A DNA stretch of 64,000 nucleotides from Iphione sp. A-MEVVRFRX5 (GCA_976226885.1 OZ320319.1:78864001-78928000); one strand, 5' to 3'. Shown: positions 25,970 to 36,909, counted from the first letter of the stretch. Notes: generated by a model from the sequence alone, not told the origin. Program-made: numbers and translations.

Positions 25970-26320
25970 AGGTAACTACAGACTGACGACAGGGGTTAGG
26001 TAGGGACTACTGTATTGTATGTGTTTGAAGTATTGATGGAAGCTGCTTTCTGGAGGAGAATGTGTAACATGATTCGTTTAAAAGAATGTGGTATATCTGT
26101 GGTGCTATTAAGGATGGGTGTGGTGAGAAGTGTAGAGCGTGCTGCTCTTGCGTGAATGTGTATATAAGATAGGGAGTTCAGTGTATGGATGTGGGATGTT
26201 TATGACGTTAAATTGGATGAGTGCCTGCATGTGCGTGTGTGTTTTGATATGTTATCTGGATTGTTCGGACTGTGCATCATGCTACAGATGCATGTGCACC
26301 AGCTATTGTGATATCAGGTT

Positions 26321-26639
26321 TTGGGTGAAAGAAGTATATTTTGGTCTACAGACTAAGGAGATTGAATGGTATGGTTGATGACGGAGCGGAATTGTATGTT
26401 TTTTAGCAGAATTCCAGAGTAAATGATCAGATCTATCCTTGCTTGAATTGGGAAGTGGTGGTATAGTGTGATAAACTCTTGGGTGAAAGAAGTATATGTT
26501 TGGTCTCCTGACTAAGGAGATTGACTGATATGGTTGACAACGGAGCGGAATTGTATGTTATTGAGTGGAATTCCAGAGTAAATGATCAGATCGATTCTTG
26601 CCTGAATGGGAGGTGGGGTATAGTGTGATAAACTCTTGG
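26321..26639 (+). repeat. About 158-bp tandem duplication in the X3 3' UTR
   Basis: TTGGGTGAAAGAAGTATAT...GTGTGATAAACTC starts at 26321 and 26479. Confidence 0.85.
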
Positions 26640-27226
26640 AAGAAACCATTCTGATGTTGTAGTTGCGCTATTTACAACTGTTACAAAGAAGTGACCACTT
26701 GGATGTTGTAACTGTAGTTTATTAAACTGTAACTAAGACCGAAATGGACAAAGGCGCTTGATATGGCTGAACAATGAATGTTACTAAAGTTTTGTTTCCT
26801 GATGGTATTCCTGATGATCACTGTGATTTGCTACTTGTGATAAACAAATTGTACTCTAAGCTCTTTCCGACTGTACCTATATATGCACCGTTTGTTATTT
26901 GTTAACACTATTTGTCATGGAGAGCTCTGTAATTGGAGAAGGACAAATAAACAATTCAATTCAATTCAATTCAAAGAATGGTCAAATGTCAAGCCTTTGA
27001 CAATGAAGAAAATCCTACAACTTATTATAATAAATTTATGCATGTATTGACAATGGTATGTGATAAAATGGCACTCATACAAATGATCTCAGTAACATAT
27101 GATAGAACCACCTGGATAGATAATGAAGCAATACAGCATATTAATTTAAACAAATTGTATAACAAAGCTGAAAAGACCAAAAAAGAGGAAGACTGGGAAG
27201 CAGCTAAATGACAGCGGAATATATAG

Positions 27227-27480
27227 TGTTGCGGGGTTCAGTTGATTAGCGGAGTTACTGTTGTCGTTGTTGGTTTGGTGGAGGTGCGGAGGTGCGGAGG
27301 CGCGGAGGACCGCGGAGGGGCGGAGGGATGGTCTATTGTCTATATAAGAGCGGGGTTCGCGGAGGGAAGTTCAGTTGTTGCCTGTACCTTGTTGTTGATG
27401 TTTCTCCTCAGGAATAAAAACTCAAGTCAAATTTGGATCAGTCTGGACGTTTATTATTTCCGCTATGGCTGAAGCTAACA
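27227..27480 (+). repeat. 5' LTR (254 bp)
   Basis: Six substitutions versus the 3' LTR (about 97.6% identity); TATATAA at about 27341, AATAAA at about 27414. Confidence 0.95.
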
Positions 27481-28724
27481 TTGGTGGCAGCGGTGGGATC
27501 CGACGCCGGGCAAAGGGGCCTATCACATCAAGCGCTAGCAGCAAGCCCCCGGCGTCGGACCAGCAGCCTGTGGAGGAGGAAAGTGAAACACGAAGAGTAA
27601 CTAGGAGCAGCAGAGGAGGTTACCTCGACGATGCGGCGGGGAGACAACCGGAACGGCGGGCGGAACGGCCCGCGCGGACCCCTTCTCGTCTGTGGGGCGG
27701 CGGAGAGGGATCGGAAGGGGGCGACCACTCGGACCAGGCCGGAGAGGCGGAGGCGGAGGAAGGAATTCCCTCGCGGGTGCCCCAGGATGCGGTGGTGCCC
27801 GTGGGAGGGTCCACTGCCGTGGACGGAACTGTTCCTGAGGCGGAGTCGGACTCCGACCTTGAGCCTTCAGCTGAAATGGATTTAAGTGAGGAGGAGGAGG
27901 AAATCACCGGAGTGGAGGTAGGTGGCCAACGAAGGGGTAGAGTTAAGCCTGAACCCTTTGATGGCAGCCAAGATTGGGAGGACTACCTCCACCACTTCAG
28001 CCTGGTCGCTATGGCTAACCACTGGGAAGATCAGGAGAAAGCAGTGCAGCTAGGGGTGTGCCTCCGGGGGCCTGCGAGGGCCGCTATGCGCAATGCTCGA
28101 GTGAATGTGAGAGAGAGGGGAGCCTTTCGTCGCCTAACCAGGGTGCTTGCCAATCGTTTCCAGTCCCCCGATCAGGTCGATTTGTTTAAACAGCGTCTGA
28201 AGTCCTACAGGCAGAAAGGGGGTGAAGAGCTCTTCCAACTAGCAGATGAAATCGAGCGATTGGTTAGGAGGGCCTACCCGGGTGTGAAGGGACACTGGGC
28301 GGAGGAACTGTGCCGGGAGAACTTCGTCCAGGCGGTGAGGGATGAAAGAGTTCGGCAGTGGATTGTGCAGAAGAGAGTGGATGGGTTCCGGGCAGCTGTA
28401 TCTGAGGCCGCATTCGCAGAGGCGTACTATCGCAACCGAGAGGAGTGGGAAGGCAAGAAGGGCGGAGGCAGCGGGACTCGTTTGGGCTGCAATGCCGTAA
28501 TGACCACTGAAGGGGGACCCAAGGAGCCCTCCGTGAAGCCTAACCCTACGGAAGAACTTCTACTTAAGCTGGCGGAGAAGATCGAGCAGTTGGAAGGCCG
28601 CTGGAAGACGACGGGAGGGGCCAAGAAAACAGGTTGTTTCCGCTGCGGAAAAGAGGGGCACTTCCGTCGCGATTGCCCGGAGAAGCCGAAGCCGGCGGAA
28701 AACGCCCAGCCGTCCTCCCAGTGA
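27465..28724 (+). CDS. gag: Gag with CCHC zinc knuckle (real start may be downstream, e.g. 27877)
   Basis: KPEPFDGSQDWEDYLHHF capsid-like core; CFRCGKEGHFRRDC knuckle. Confidence 0.9.
   Translation: MAEANIGGSGGIRRRAKGPITSSASSKPPASDQQPVEEESETRRVTRSSRGGYLDDAAGRQPERRAERPARTPSRLWGGGEGSEGGDHSDQAGEAEAEEGIPSRVPQDAVVPVGGSTAVDGTVPEAESDSDLEPSAEMDLSEEEEEITGVEVGGQRRGRVKPEPFDGSQDWEDYLHHFSLVAMANHWEDQEKAVQLGVCLRGPARAAMRNARVNVRERGAFRRLTRVLANRFQSPDQVDLFKQRLKSYRQKGGEELFQLADEIERLVRRAYPGVKGHWAEELCRENFVQAVRDERVRQWIVQKRVDGFRAAVSEAAFAEAYYRNREEWEGKKGGGSGTRLGCNAVMTTEGGPKEPSVKPNPTEELLLKLAEKIEQLEGRWKTTGGAKKTGCFRCGKEGHFRRDCPEKPKPAENAQPSSQ
27482..27499 (+). promoter_or_regulatory. Primer-binding site, tRNA-Leu
   Basis: TGGTGGCAGCGGTGGGAT is complementary to the 3' end of animal tRNA-Leu(AAG/IAG) (...AUCCCACCGCUGCCA-CCA). 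Confidence 0.9.
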
Positions 28725-31700
28725 GGGGAGAGGGAAAGGCGGCGGAGGCGTTCATCCCCAGGATTGCAGTGGCGGAGGAGCGGGTGCCCTACGTCGAGGA
28801 GGAAGTGGAACGTGACGAGGTTAGCGGAGAGCATGATGTCAAGACCGGCGCACTCATGCTGAAGGGAACTGTTAGAGACACAGAATTGACTTGGCTGGTG
28901 GATACTGGGGCCTCCGCCACCATAGTATCAGCCAAAGTGGCGGAGGACCTCGGTCTCACTGTCTCGCCGAAGCCTGGGCAGAAGATCGTGGGAGCGGACG
29001 GGCACCCGCTGCCCTGCCGAGGAGAAGTGGAATTCGAGGTCTCCTTCAAGAAGAGGAAGTGGCCCCTTAAGGCACTAGTAGCGGAGGTCGAATTCGCAGC
29101 CATCCTGGGGATGGACGCTCTCCGCAGATGGGGCGCCGTAGTGGATAACGCACGAGGGGTCATTAAGATGGAGGCAGACAAGATGAGGTCGGCGGCGGTT
29201 AGAGTGGCTCGAGATGTGCAAATCGGCGGAAGAGGGGAGAGCATGATCCCTGTCACCCTGGTAGGAGCAGTGTTCTCGCCGGGAGTGTTGGAACCTGAGG
29301 GAAGATTCGAGGAGGCCACGGGCCTGAGGGTTTCGCGGACTCTGACCCCAGAAGGAATCGCCGAGTTCGAGGTGCCTTGCTGGAACGTCACGGGAAAAGA
29401 GAAGTGGTTGAGGAAAGGAGCTACCGTAGGCCATGTTGAGCCCGCGGAGGAGATGGGGACGGAGAGAGCAGAGGAACCCACCGCAATCGCTGTCGAGGGA
29501 GGAGTCCAAGAACTCATGGCCACCGTTTCTTCGGACTACGCGGAGGGGGAGTTACGATGTCTGCGCGAGGTACTTACCTCGAATGCCCAAGTATTCCAAG
29601 CCTGAGGGGAAGAGATGGGGAGAACCGGACTTGTCCAACACGAAATTCGCACCGGTGAGGCGGAGCCCTTACGTCAGAGATTCAGGAGACTCCCTCCACA
29701 TAAACGGAAGATAGTCGAGGAGGAGGTTAGAAAAATGGTCGACCAAGGGGTACTGGAGCCTTCGAAAAGCCCTTGGGCATCACTGGTGGTGCTTGTGAAA
29801 AAGAAGACGGGTGAGTGGCGTTTCTACATCGACTATCGCCGCTTGAACGAGAAGACACGCAAGGATGCTTACCCTATCCCCCGTATCGACGACACCTTGG
29901 ATGCCCTGGCGGGGGGTAAGTTCTTCTTAGTCATCGATCTAGCGTCCGGGTATTGGCAAGTAGAAGTAAGAGAACAAGATTGAGGACCTGGAGGTCCAAG
30001 TAGGGGCTAGCACGGCACTCACCTGGAGGATTGTATCAGTTCCGAGTAATGCCTTTCGGACTACGTAATGCGCCGTCAACCTTTGAACGGCTGATGGAGG
30101 TGGTCCTCAGTGGGATGGTTGGAGAGGGGTGCCTCGTGTACCTGGACGATGTGATAATGACCGGCAGAACGGTGGAGGAGATGTGTGAGCGGCTCGAGGA
30201 AGTGCTAAGACGACTGGGCGAGGCTGGAATGAAAGTTAAACCGTCTAAGTGCCAACTATTGCGGAGGGAAGTGACTTATCTGAGCCATATCGTCAGAGCG
30301 GAGGGGGTCCGACCAGACCCAGAGAAGATTCGAGTGGTGAGGGAGTGGCCTACCCCAGGGTGCCTCCGCGACTTGTGTAGCTTCTTAGGGCTGGCATCTT
30401 ACTACCGATCATTCATCAAGAACTTTGCGAAGAGGGCGGAGGCCCTGCACCGGCTCCTGGACAAGAAGGCAACCTTCGCATGGGGGGAAGAGCAGCAAGC
30501 AGCTTTTGAGGACCTTCGACAGTGTCTGATCACGGCGCCCATACTAGGTTACCCGGAGGCGGAGGGACAATTGATACTTGACACGGATGCTTCCGCGGAG
30601 GGCCTTGGAGCCGTCCTCTCCCAACAACAAGAAGGCAGGGAACGGGTGCTCGCTTATGCCAGTAGAGCCCTCTCCCGTCCTGAGAAGAAGTACTGTGTGA
30701 CTAGAAAAGAGTTGCTCGCCGTCATCTTTGCGCTTCGCAAGTTCCGAGCCTACGTGGGTGGGCGGAAGATCGTGGTCCGAACGGATCATGGAAGCTTGCG
30801 ATGGCTGATGCGGTTCCGGGAGCCTGAGGGACAGATGGCAAGGTGGCTCGAGGAAATCTACTGCCGTGATGTGGATATTATTCATCACCCGGGACGAATA
30901 CATCAGAATGCGGACACACTATCTCGGAAGCCGTGCAAGCAATGCGGTCGAGTGGAAGGAGACATCCAGGAAGACTCAGAAGTATGTGGGCTCCTGAGCG
31001 TCCAAGTAGGGGCTAGCACGGCACTCAGCCGGGTGGCAGAGGAGACGGCGAAGGACGACCGTCTTCAAGAGGTGGTGCACCAATTGGCCCACGGCGAGGG
31101 TCCCCCCGAGTGGGGAGCGGAGGCTACTTGGGAGCAGAGGAGGCTGCTCATGGAATGGGAGAGGCTGTCAATGCAGCAGGGCCAGATCCTCCGCCGCTGG
31201 TCCGTGGAGGACGGACGGTCCTGGTGGCAGGCTTTCGTCCCCGAATGATTGCGCAGGCCTTGCTGGAGCCTTTGGTGGGCATCTAGGACCGGAGAAGACG
31301 GCGGGGCTCCTTCGGACCAAGTATTTCTGCCCAGGGATGTCACGCGATGTGCAAGTCTGGGGAGGTGGCTGCCGTTCGTGTTTGGAGTGGAGGAGTCCTA
31401 CCTGTCGGCGGCGTACCCGACTACAGCGGAGGCAGCCAGGGGGACCTTGGGAGATGGTGGCTGTAGATGTGCTGGGCCCCTTTCCCGAGACAGCTCGTGG
31501 TGCCAAGTACGTGTTGGTAGCCTCGGACCACTTCACTAAATGGTCCGAGGCTTTCCCCTTGAGTACCTTGACAGCGGAGGACACCGCCGACGTTCTGGTG
31601 AGGGAGTTGGTGTGTCGATTTGGGCCCCCGCGGGTGCTGCATAGTGACCAAGGAAGGAATTTCGAGGCTAAACTGGTCGCGGAGGTGTTGCACCTATGTG

Positions 31701-32300
31701 GAATAGAGAAGACCCGGACCACCCCATACCATCCTCAGGCCGATGGCCAGGTAGAAAGGTTTAATCGAACTCTCCAGCACATGCTCGCTACCTCGGCGGA
31801 GGACAACCAGTCTGACTGGGATCTGCTGCTACCATTCGTAACGGCGGCCTATCGTGCTATGCCTCACAGAACGACCGGATACTCGCCAAACTTCCTGATG
31901 CTTCACCGGGAAACCACCCTCCCCCTTCAGTTGGCCTACGGAGGCCCACCCGCGGAGGGGGACGAGAAAGAGGGAAATGTGTACTCCTACGCAGCTGATC
32001 TGAGGGAGCGAGTTAGGACGGCACACAATCTGACCTATGATCGCATGAATGAGGGGATTGCCCGCCAGACGGACTGGTATAACAAAAAGGTCAGGCACAC
32101 CGACTACCAACCAGGGGATACGGTCTATCTGTTCCACCCATTGAAGAAGAAAGGACTGTCTCCGAAACTGCAGAGGTTCTGGAAGGGACCGTGGGTCATG
32201 AGGGAGGCCCTATCCTCCGCCGTCTATCGAGTGCAAAAAGGGCGACGTGAGAGAGTGGTTCATGCAGACTTACTGAAGCCAGGGAAAGTGTCTACGGCCT
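28634..32300 (+). pseudogene. pol: Pol (protease, RT, RNase H, integrase), -1 frame to gag, disrupted
   Basis: LVDTGAS; YLDD (30139); DTDAS, TDHGSL, NADTLSR; GGHLG...CRSC; DVLGP / SDQGRNF / QVERFN; FWKGPW. Lesions: TGA 29603, TGA plus insertion at 29981, TGA plus frameshift at 31246. Confidence 0.93.
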
Positions 32301-32360
32301 CCGCGGTGAGGGCAGCGAGGAATCCCCCGGCGACAGCGACCGTTAGGCTGGCGAGTTTGA

Positions 32361-32485
32361 GGCGGGAACCCTCAGCCAATCAAAGCTCGGCAGAGGGAAG
32401 CAACCCACACCTCCGCGGGCAGCGAAGTATAAAGATGCCTGCGCCGTTCGAGGGACCTCATAACTCATCTCGACCCGCCAAGATG
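32361..32485 (+). promoter_or_regulatory. Putative internal Pol II promoter for Gypsy ORF3
   Basis: GGCGGG (32361), CCAAT (32376), TATAAA (32428), TCATA Inr-like at about 32458, then GCCAAGATG (ATG 32483). Confidence 0.55.
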
Positions 32486-35361
32486 ACGAAGAAGAAGGAC
32501 CTTGTGTTTAAATGTGATCAATGTACCTACACATGCGACAGAAAAGATAATCTTCAAGGGCATGCCCAGTTGCACGAGGAGGAAGGTTACGCTTGGCCGT
32601 GCCCGTCGACTCGGTGTAAAGAGAAAGTCTTCTCGCGCTGGGAGAACCTCAAGAGGCATTTAGAGATGAGCCAGCACGAGGCGGAGGGTGGAGTAAAGGC
32701 CCTCCTTAAGAAGTCGAAGGAGGGCTACTTCCAGTTCTTCAGAGTGGGGGGTTCGAGTACCCTCAGGGGGCGACCCAGTGAGCCACCGACGAAGAGGGCG
32801 GAGGGGAAGCCAACGGAGGAGAAGGCCGATCGGAGGAAGAAGAAGAAGAAGGGCCAAGCTACTGTGGCACCAGGGGCCGGGGTCAAAGCAGATGAGGAGG
32901 AGGAGGACGGAGGCTCAAGGGAAGAGAGCGAGGAGAGCCCCGAAGGTCGGGCCAAGTCGGTGGCAGCAGCAGCGGCGGCCAAACCTGCCGATAGCGGAAC
33001 GAGCGAGGAGGGCACCGCGGCATCTGAGGCGAGTGACGACGACTGGGAGCCTGAGGCCTCCACCTCGACGGCGGTTTTGCCTCCCCGTAAAAGGAAGGGT
33101 ATGCGGACCCGCGGAGGGACTCCAAGGAGGGCGGCGGCAAGATCTCCCCCGAGGAAGAAACAGACAGCGGCGGAGGTGAAATCGCCAAGATCGCTTTGCA
33201 AAGAGCTACGGGGAACTATCTCCGACCTGCAGTCTCGACACCCCGGTACCCCGGCCAGTTCCCCTGCCACGGTGGCGAGAGTGGTGGAGGCGGCGGAGGC
33301 CCTTGAAAGGGCAATGCTGGGGTCGCCAGCGACGATGGCGGAGGCAGCGGCGAAGGGCAGCCCGGCGGCGAAGAGAAGATTGGGGGCAGCTGAAGGGGGG
33401 CTGGCCCCTAAGCGAGGGCGAGGCCGGGGGCAGGCTCTCTCACCGTTGATCAGCAAGAAGGGAGGGCAGTTGCCCTCCGTTCCCTCACCCTTGTCGGTCG
33501 AACAGAGGACACCGCCGGTCCTGCCTGACCGGGCGGCCACTCCGCGGCTACAAACACCGGAGACGGGAAGCAAACGGGTCGGGCAACTATCGAACTTGTC
33601 TACGCTGAGCTTGCCCCCTACCCCAGCAAGCCTCAGCGATATCATCAAGCGGCTGGAGGAGGAGGGCCCCCGAGCTTCCCCCCAGGATATGGCGACGGTG
33701 GCCGCTACCTTAAGGAACTTGTTTGGAGATACCTTCAAAGTCGCCCCTGTCGAAGGCCCGGTGAGTGCTGCAGTGGGAAGGAAGGAGAGCTCCTCCGAGG
33801 AGGAATTAGCTGATACATTGCCAGCCTCGGGGGAAGAGGAGGAGTATGTACCCTCGGAGAAGGACCGAGCGTCGACAGAATTACAGTACGTAGAGGTCGG
33901 GGGTGTCGTGGAAGTTCATGAGGCCATCACCCCAGCGGGCGCGGAGGAGGGCTCTCGAGACTCCCCACCAGTTCAGCGGCCACCGACGAAGCTACCGCAA
34001 CGGGACCCAAGAAGCATGGCACGAGAGGTCTTGGCGTGGCAGGGAAGGAGGGCTGCCGAGGACGAAATGACCAAGAGCCAGGCAGGGGAGCTCCAACCTC
34101 CGCCGTCGAACCAAGGGGCCAACCGTCGCCGGCGACCGAGACAACGATGGCTACGAGAGCGTTAGTGGCTACTATGAGAACCTCGCCACTACCCAAGGAT
34201 GGCTCCTGTGACCAGGAAGGCCGCTCAGCTGACTCCCCTACCACCACGCCGGGGAGAGCCGAGCCAGCCCCTCCGCCGCTGATAGCAGTGGCCGAACCGG
34301 GTCAGGTAGGACCAAGCGAGGGCGATGAAGAACTCCCTGCATGACCGGAGGGCGGCGAACACGGGGGGCCAGCCAGGCCGGCTTCCCCCCACGACACGGA
34401 GCAAGGGGCCAGGCCGGCCCCTCCGCCGCCGGCATCGCCTGCGAGGCCTGGCCAGGAGAAGGACCGCGGAGAACCTCCCTCACGACCGGGGAAGGGCGAA
34501 CACGGGGGGCCAGCCAGGCCGGCTGCCTCCCACGACACGCAGATAGGGGCCAGGCCGGCCCCTCCGCCACCGACATTGCCTGCCAGACCGAGGCAGGAGG
34601 AGGACAGCAGGGCACTTCCCCTACGACCGGGGGAGGGCGAACACGGGGGGCCAGCTAGGCTGGCTACCCCCCACGACGCGCAGCAAGGGGCCAGGCCGGC
34701 CCCTCCGCCGCCGACATCGCCTGCAAGGCCTGGACAGGAGAAGGACCGCTGAGAACCTCCCTCACGACCGGGGGAGGGCGAACACGGGGGGCCAGCCAGG
34801 CCGGCTGCCCCCCACGACGCGCAGCAAGGGGCCAGGCCGGCCCCTCCACCACTTGCACCAGACCGCGGGCAGCAGACCGAGATCGCGGGCCCTCCTCCAC
34901 GACCGGAGGGGGTTGAGAGCGGGGCGGTGGCCGGGCCAACCCATTCTCAGGACGGCCGGGAACCGTGGAGGAGACGGAGAGAGGCTCTATCCACCGATTC
35001 GGTTCGACGGCCCCGTGAGGGGAGGTTGGACGCAGAAATCTGGTCGCGATGGGCGTCAGCTCGACCGCTGATGGCCGATGTGCCACCTTCGTGCGGCTGG
35101 GAGCTCCGCTCCGCCCGAGGCAGGGGCAGACTTTCCTGACAAGTGCACGGATTAACCATCAGTGTGAGTCACACCTTGAGACTATACAGAGACTCCGTCG
35201 AGGCAGATACCAAAGACATACTGACGTGGTTCCATCGGCAAATGGAACGGCCTGACGAACTGAGTATAGAGGATCACGATCTAGAACTCTATACCAATGA
35301 CGAATTAGCCACTCTTGAGGTGGAAGAGGTATTTTCTGTTGTGTTAGATGATTATGTGTGA
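32483..35361 (+). pseudogene. Gypsy accessory ORF3: two C2H2 fingers, long disordered region, 47-aa Pro-rich repeats, acidic C-terminal domain (about 960 codons reconstructed)
   Basis: CDQC-x12-HAQLH and CPSTRC-x13-HLEMSQH. One inferred frameshift at about 34100-34140; the new frame then runs to 35361 with TGA at 34342, 34750 and 35137. Currently in frame with integrase. Confidence 0.65.
34336..34850 (+). repeat. 141-bp GC-rich tandem repeat, about 3.6 copies (47 codons)
   Basis: The homologous (C/T)GACCGG motif falls at 34342, 34483, 34624 and 34765. Confidence 0.92.
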
Positions 35362-35397
35362 TTTTTCTCGGGACGAGAAAAGTGTTGCGGGGGGCAG

Positions 35398-35651
35398 TGT
35401 TGCGGGGTTCGGTTGATTAGCGGAGTTACTGTTGTCGTTGTTGGTTTGGCGGAGGTGCGGAGGTGCGGAGGCGCGGAGGACCGCGAAGGGGCGGAGGGAT
35501 GGTCTATTGTCTATATAAGAGCGGGGTTCGCGGAGGGAAGTTCAGTTGTTGCCTGTACCTTGTCGTTGATGTTACTCCTCAGGAATAAAAACTCAAGTCA
35601 AATTTGGATCAGTCTGGACGTTTATTATTTCCGCTATGGCCGAAGCTAACA
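35398..35651 (+). repeat. 3' LTR (254 bp)
   Basis: Matches the 5' LTR; preceded by GGGGGGCAG and an 8-bp hairpin (35363-35381). Confidence 0.95.
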
Positions 35652-36909
35652 ATATAGAACATTAATTATAACAAAGAAAAAGTTTTTTTTTCAACAGAGG
35701 TTGCCAGAGAATGCTAAGAACCCATGAATAGTATACAATAATATTAGAGGGAAAGGAATAAATCAAAATTGTGTTAACACATTAGAAGGTGAAAACAATG
35801 TAATACATGAAAAGGCATAAGACATGGCAAATAGAATGAATAGGTTCAGAGATTGGAGTATCAATTGATAGAAATATACCTGATCTGACAAAGGAGATAA
35901 TAAATAATAATGAGAGATAATAGATAATAATGATCACAATTATGACACATATCACTTTACGCAAAGAACATTTGAAATTGTCAAGAAGATTTTATAATCC
36001 CCATATGCAAACAAAGCTACAAATATTGAGGGACTGCCAATGTTTTTAATAAAAAAGCACTCAATTGAATTTTCTACTATACTAAGAAAATTATTCAACA
36101 AGATTACTATCTCAAATTGTATACCTAATTAATTGAAAAAAGCAGCAATAACACCACTTCAAAAGGGAGGTAACATGGAAATGATGGATAGTTATAGACA
36201 AATTTCAGTATTGAATGTTCTACATAAAATTTCTGAAAAGGTATTAAGAAATCAGTTATGTATATTTCTAGAAAAAAACAATGTGCTATATAACAAACAA
36301 GCTGGTTACAGAAATGACATGTCAACATTGGATATTGCTAGTAATGTCTTGGATGAAATCAAAAGGAGTATGAAGAAGGCATTTGATACTGTAGATCACA
36401 AAAAATAATATTGCAAAAATTGAATTATTATAATTTTGTTTAATTTATACATTAATGATCTACCAAAATATTGTACTGAAAGATGTAACATCTGCAAGTT
36501 TGCTGATGACACTATTATGACAAAGATCTAACAATGGCTGTAAACAAAATGAATGAAACAATAATTAAAGTCTCAGACTGGCTAGTATATAACAGACTCG
36601 AACTGAATATGAAGAAAACACAATCTATGGTTCTCTCAAACAAAAGTTAAAATGAATTTGATAATAAACCAAGAGTATTAATGAATGGCACCATTCACTC
36701 TGGAGTACGAATACACAAATACCTTGGATTACGGGTTGATCAAAAACTGACTTTTAAATATCACATTTCTGAAGTAACCAAGAAGAGAAGAAATAGTGGG
36801 TTATGTTTTACAACAGTTGGTAAATACTTCAACAAAGAACAAAGCTGATATTATATAAAACGGTCATTGTACCTCTATCTGACTATATGGATGTTTAATG
36901 GGCTAATAG

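Larger units (their letters stand above)
20445..26973 (+). mobile_element. Near full-length CR1/L2-group LINE (copy X3) with three ORFs
   Basis: AAGATGGCG at about 20447 (YY1-type motif common at LINE 5' ends); ORF1, middle ORF, APE-RT ORF2, about 1-kb 3' UTR, stem-loop, AATAAA (26946) and (CAATT)n tail. No clear TSD. Confidence 0.85.
27227..35651 (+). mobile_element. Full-length Ty3/Gypsy LTR retrotransposon (inactivated)
   Basis: Paired TGTT...AACA LTRs, PBS, gag, PR-RT-RH-IN order, purine tract before the 3' LTR, ATATAG duplicated at 27221-27226 and 35652-35657. Confidence 0.97.
26976..36905 (+). pseudogene. Older LINE ORF2 remnant interrupted by the Gypsy element
   Basis: Linker ...KKEEDWEAAK*QRNI at 26978-27226 resumes after 35657 and reaches KAAITPLQKGG, YRQISVL, KKAFDTVDH, YINDLP, FADDT (36130-36520). 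Confidence 0.7.

Noticed and set aside
27465-27500. Gag ATG inside U5 reading through the PBS as a special mechanism
   Set aside because: The frame is open, but such read-through is common in GC-rich leaders and the real start cannot be determined.
22279-35139. Programmed UGA read-through or selenocysteine at the many TGA stops
   Set aside because: Accompanied by frameshifts, and one aligns with CGA in sister repeats; mutational decay is simpler.
27528-35159. Numerous antisense and alternate-frame ORFs over the Gypsy element (e.g. 28789..29523, 32725..33738)
   Set aside because: Shadows of GC-rich coding sequence with no independent motifs.
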